Under the pieces are notes generated by a model. The model was given only the letters and a program-made list of their open reading frames with translations, was not told the origin of the DNA and did no database searches. Shown one piece after another: positions 60,063-64,000 of a DNA stretch of 64,000 nucleotides. Within the stretch, counting starts at the first letter, position 1, and the number at the start of each line of letters is the position of its first letter. The stretch covers positions 1,054,001-1,118,000 of the forward strand of contig SMSO01000035.1 of assembly GCA_004764695.1 (NCBI GenBank), written 5' to 3'. Both the position numbers and the translations under genes were made by a program. This DNA is from Schizochytrium sp. TIO01 (lineage: Eukaryota; Protista; Bigyra: Labyrinthulomycetes).

Positions 60063-62045
60063 CTTCGTTCATGCATCAATATTTCTAATGTAGCTGCATA
60101 CAGAAAGCAAAAAACTTCAAACAAAGGCAATAAAAGCATACACAGATGGGAATAGCTTGGCGTTGGAGGTATTGTTTCTTGAAAGTAATGATCAAGGTAT
60201 TGTGATTAAAATTAGAATGTGTGTGCAGTCGCAGAGTTTCAGTTTGTGTAAACCATGTGCGAAGAAGGAAAAGTCTAAAAGTTAAGATCCGAACCAATTT
60301 TAGATCGCTCATTGAGAACTTGTGATGTTGATTTGCGGATCTTTGAAGCTGATGATATAGCAGAGACTGTTAACCCTTATTTGATCAATACAATTCGCTG
60401 AAACAGTAAAGAGCAACTCGAATTTGAGCTCCAAATGCAGGCGCAAAATTTGAAGATCTCCTGTACGTATCACCTTTGACACAAGAAGACTGCTTACTTA
60501 AACCCATACTTCACTTTCACTCCCCATGTATTGAGATGTGATCTCATTTGATTCGTGCAGAATTCCCTTCATATAGCTGTGAGTAGTCCTTGTGTAATAG
60601 TTTTTAGAATGTAAACTTTCGTGTACGGATATACCATGAGGCAGAGCGAGTCTGGTCTGCTCAATCCACCACTGAGACCACTGTAACCAGTGTGCTCTGG
60701 TACGGTGATGCTGGCGAGATCCAGAACTGTACGGGTACACATTTGATCAACAAGTACTCGACATGGGAATTAAAACGATGAAGTTCACTACTGTGATCCT
60801 TGTGCGCTGCAAATTCTCCGTTTCAGTTCTTAGCCTTGGCTGCAGCCAGTACATTTGATACTACACTATCAAGTCATTACCTAGGCACGGGTACAGTGGA
60901 TTTGTCCGTCAAGTTGAACCGAACAAGATACAAACCAATTTCAGTCCCGCGATTTAAGCAAATCACTCTCCAAATTATACTTGAGCAACATAAGCATCCC
61001 TAAACTCGAATGATTCCTCCAATGCATTCATTTATCATGCAAACGCTGTTTTCATCCTCACTTCTGATGCTTTTGTTAAATAAAATAGTACACTACTCCG
61101 GGCTTGCTCGGTTTACCCGCCCTAATCCTCGGGCACACCTTCAAAGGCGCACACCTTACTCACTCAAGTAAAAGGAGGAATAGGGTGCAATATGAAAGGA
61201 ATCTAATCGCATAGGTAACACGGGGAACTAGGAGCGGACTGAGAATGACAATAGGTCATGATCCGTCGTAGGTAACAATGGCTAGTATCATTTATCCAGC
61301 TCCTACCAGCAATGACTTATGAGAAAAGCAGAATTGCAAATCACAAATCACAAATCACAAAACATAAAGCATAAAGCATAAAGCACGAAACTGCAAAACG
61401 TGGTATCGTAAAATGCTATTATTTCGTTCAATCGATTCTCAGTCGATGAAGTGTATATCAGGACCTTTCATCGCGAGCAGTGAAGCCTTTCATAGGCTGG
61501 TATGAAGACCTGTCTTCCCATCTTCGTGGACTTTTTTTCTGTCTGTGATGAGGCTGGGAAATCTTAAAAGAATGAAGAGCAGTTCTTCTCTTATCAATTA
61601 ATTAAAAGAAAGTAGCAAATGCAAAATAGCCCTCTTCAAAACGAAGTTAATGACATGGCGCACCTAATTGGGAGCACTATGTGAGGTCTCGCGATTATCA
61701 TCTTGGGGCTATTCTATTCGTCTCAAAAATTAATTCCCACTCAACACCCCTTCAGTACGAAGAAATCGTGTCAGACGCACCAGAACAGCCTAGTCGCTAT
61801 TAATTGTCCGCGTGTGCCTTCTTTGCAGTTGCATGGGGCAGAGAACCAAAGAACGAATGATGATACCAATCTTTGCATCCACGACAACCTTGGAGCGTTA
61901 ATAGGGACAGCTGGCCTGAAGAACGAATAATGAACATTGTGTGACACTCAATTATGTACTACCCTAGATAGCGCTTGTTATTATAATAATTGATAGAATT
62001 GATAAAGGTAAATGAAAGCAATAAAAATGAATGATTTTTGACTGA

Positions 62046-62075
62046 TGAATGAATGAATGAATGAATGAATGAATG
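62046..62075. repeat. (TGAA)n microsatellite just upstream of the ABC transporter
   Basis: atgaatgaatgaa... about 7 units. Confidence 0.8.
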
Positions 62076-62145
62076 ATGATTAGACAGAGTAAATCAAAAC
62101 TTGGAGAGGCAGGCGCTCGTTGCTTGGTCGCTCGTTGTGGGCGCA

Positions 62146-64000
62146 ATGCTCGCGCGTGGGATGCTCCCAGGCTCTCGCAGCTCCTTCGCGACATCTCTTC
62201 CGCTGCTGCGTGCGGCCTTCTCTAGCCTGGGGCCTTCGTCTGCGAGATGGCGTAGCTCTTTGGCCTTGAATGGCACCCTGACAAGCCGCTCTAGCGTGGC
62301 AAGGTCTTCTGCGCTTCTTCACAAAACGTTGCTAGCAGATGCGAGGATCTCTGACTCCGGCGCTCGTAGGTCTCGTGCTTTTTTTGGTGGACGCGGAGGC
62401 CAGGGCCGCAGTGCAAGCGCTTCGAACGCGGACCGCGAGGCTGTAGGCGATGAGAAACCCAAGGAGGTAACTCGCGACCAGAACTTCAAGGCAATTCGAA
62501 GGATGGTAAGCATGGCATTGCCTGAGAAGCATCTCGTAGGTGCTTCAATGGCCACGCAGGTTGTCACAAGCTCCATCTCATTGGTTTTTCCCGCTGCAAT
62601 TGGCCGCATCCTCGACCTCTCGCTCGCCGATACCTCTGGTCTGTCCCCGACGCTTGTGGTGGGCGGTCTCACAGGCCTGTTTCTATGCCAAGGCGGTCTC
62701 ATTATCCTTCGCACGTCGATGCTGAACGTGGCCGGTGAGAGGATCATCGCGAGGTTCCGCAAGCAACTCTTCGCGAGCATCCTTGCGCAGGATCTGAACT
62801 TCTTCGACAAGACTCGCACCGGCGAGCTCATCAATCGCCTCGCCACTGACACGCAGCTCGTGCAGAAGGCTATTACAGGAAACCTCGTCGGAGGTCTTCG
62901 AAGCTCTTTTATGGCCATTGGAGGCACAGCCATGCTCTTTTACACCTCACCAATGCTTGCGCTCGTGTCGCTCAGTGTCATTCCTCCTGTCGGTGTCGCA
63001 GCTCGTTACTTTGGCCGCTTTTTAAAAGCTCGCCAAGCTCAAGTTCAAGATGCGCTTGCCGAGACTTCTACTGTGGCAGAAGAGGTCATTTCAAACGTTC
63101 GTACAGTTCGTCAGTTTGCTGGTGAACCACTCGAGGTGGCCAAGTATAATGCTCGCATTGATACAGCCTACCGTCGCGCGTGCGAGGTTGGCCTTGCTTC
63201 TGCATGGTTCGAAGGATCCGTGCATTTGGCTGCCAACTTCAGTCTCATTGCAGTTCTTGCCTTTGGTGGCGCACAGGTTATGTCTCACCAGCTTACTGCA
63301 GGAGCCCTGACTTCTTTTCTCATGTATAGCCTTTACGTTGGCTTCAACGTCACAAACCTGTCCACCGTATATTCTGAGTTGATGCGCGGTGCAGGTGCAT
63401 CAACCCGGATCTTTAACATTATTGATCGTGTCCCTGACATGCCTTCCTCTATTACATCGGCAGCCTTGGGCCGTGCGGGTGCTTCCAGTGACCCTGCATC
63501 ACTCCCACCTTCAGTAGTACACTCTATCTACAACTTGCTTGAGGCTCCCGAGTCCAAAGAAGGACCCCAGGCCCACACCTTGGGCGCCAAGCTCTTTGGC
63601 ATTGTTGATGATGATAAGGACCACCACCACACCCCGCGAGGAACAACGGTTATGGAACGTTCTGGTTTTGACGAGCTGGCTGAGACTACAGTCAACCTCA
63701 AGACCCCACCCATCACCGGTAACATTGAACTTCGTAATGTCTCATTTAGTTACCCGCTGAGATCTGACTCAAACATTCTGTCAAATCTCAACCTGAAGCT
63801 GGAGCGTGGCTCAACAATGGCCCTCGTCGGTGCGAGTGGCAGCGGAAAGAGCACTATTGGTGCTATGCTAATGCGCATGTATGATCCACAGCAAGGTGAG
63901 GTTCTCATTGACGGAGTAAATGTCAAGGAAATTGACCCGCACTGGCTTCGTCAGCACATTGGCGTAGTTGCGCAAGAACCCGTGTTATTTTCAGGAACAA
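62146..64000 (+). CDS. ABCB10: Mitochondrial ABC half-transporter, ABCB10/MDL1-like (continues beyond right edge)
   Basis: Manual translation from ATG 62146: Arg/Ser-rich, acid-poor presequence (MLARGMLPGSRSSFATSLPLLRAAFSS...). TMD motifs FPAAIGRILD, AGERIIARFRKQLFASILAQDLNFFDKTRTGELINRL, AEEVISNVRTVRQF. NBD IELRNVSFSYP, Walker A GASGSGKST (63829-63855), Q-loop IGVVAQEPVLFSG at the edge. Confidence 0.9.
   Translation, partial: MLARGMLPGSRSSFATSLPLLRAAFSSLGPSSARWRSSLALNGTLTSRSSVARSSALLHKTLLADARISDSGARRSRAFFGGRGGQGRSASASNADREAVGDEKPKEVTRDQNFKAIRRMVSMALPEKHLVGASMATQVVTSSISLVFPAAIGRILDLSLADTSGLSPTLVVGGLTGLFLCQGGLIILRTSMLNVAGERIIARFRKQLFASILAQDLNFFDKTRTGELINRLATDTQLVQKAITGNLVGGLRSSFMAIGGTAMLFYTSPMLALVSLSVIPPVGVAARYFGRFLKARQAQVQDALAETSTVAEEVISNVRTVRQFAGEPLEVAKYNARIDTAYRRACEVGLASAWFEGSVHLAANFSLIAVLAFGGAQVMSHQLTAGALTSFLMYSLYVGFNVTNLSTVYSELMRGAGASTRIFNIIDRVPDMPSSITSAALGRAGASSDPASLPPSVVHSIYNLLEAPESKEGPQAHTLGAKLFGIVDDDKDHHHTPRGTTVMERSGFDELAETTVNLKTPPITGNIELRNVSFSYPLRSDSNILSNLNLKLERGSTMALVGASGSGKSTIGAMLMRMYDPQQGEVLIDGVNVKEIDPHWLRQHIGVVAQEPVLFSGT

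Overview
Eukaryotic, intron-poor genomic DNA, probably from a labyrinthulomycete/thraustochytrid stramenopile. That assignment is an inference from the long single-exon genes, SSR-rich spacers, a flagellar gene and stramenopile-like proteins. Ten protein-coding genes are supported, in order: the 5' part of IQCA1/DRC11 (-, runs off the left edge), DDB1 (+), a His-tract Pirh2/RCHY1-type CHY-RING E3 ligase (-), an atypical MAPK15/ERK7-like kinase (+), a giant ~5,636-aa TRRAP/Tra1 (-), a PH+filamin-repeat protein (-), a K+-dependent Na+/Ca2+ exchanger (+), two tandem divergent clade-3 catalases (-), and a mitochondrial ABCB10-like transporter (+, runs off the right edge). TRRAP and the PH/filamin gene are each broken by a single +1 frameshift. 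The simplest explanation is assembly error, but recoding or a split gene cannot be excluded from sequence alone. The 9.5-17 kb 'desert' carries minus-strand splice signals suggesting a long spliced 5' leader for the RCHY1-like gene. No tRNA, rRNA, CRISPR array or intact transposon was recognised.
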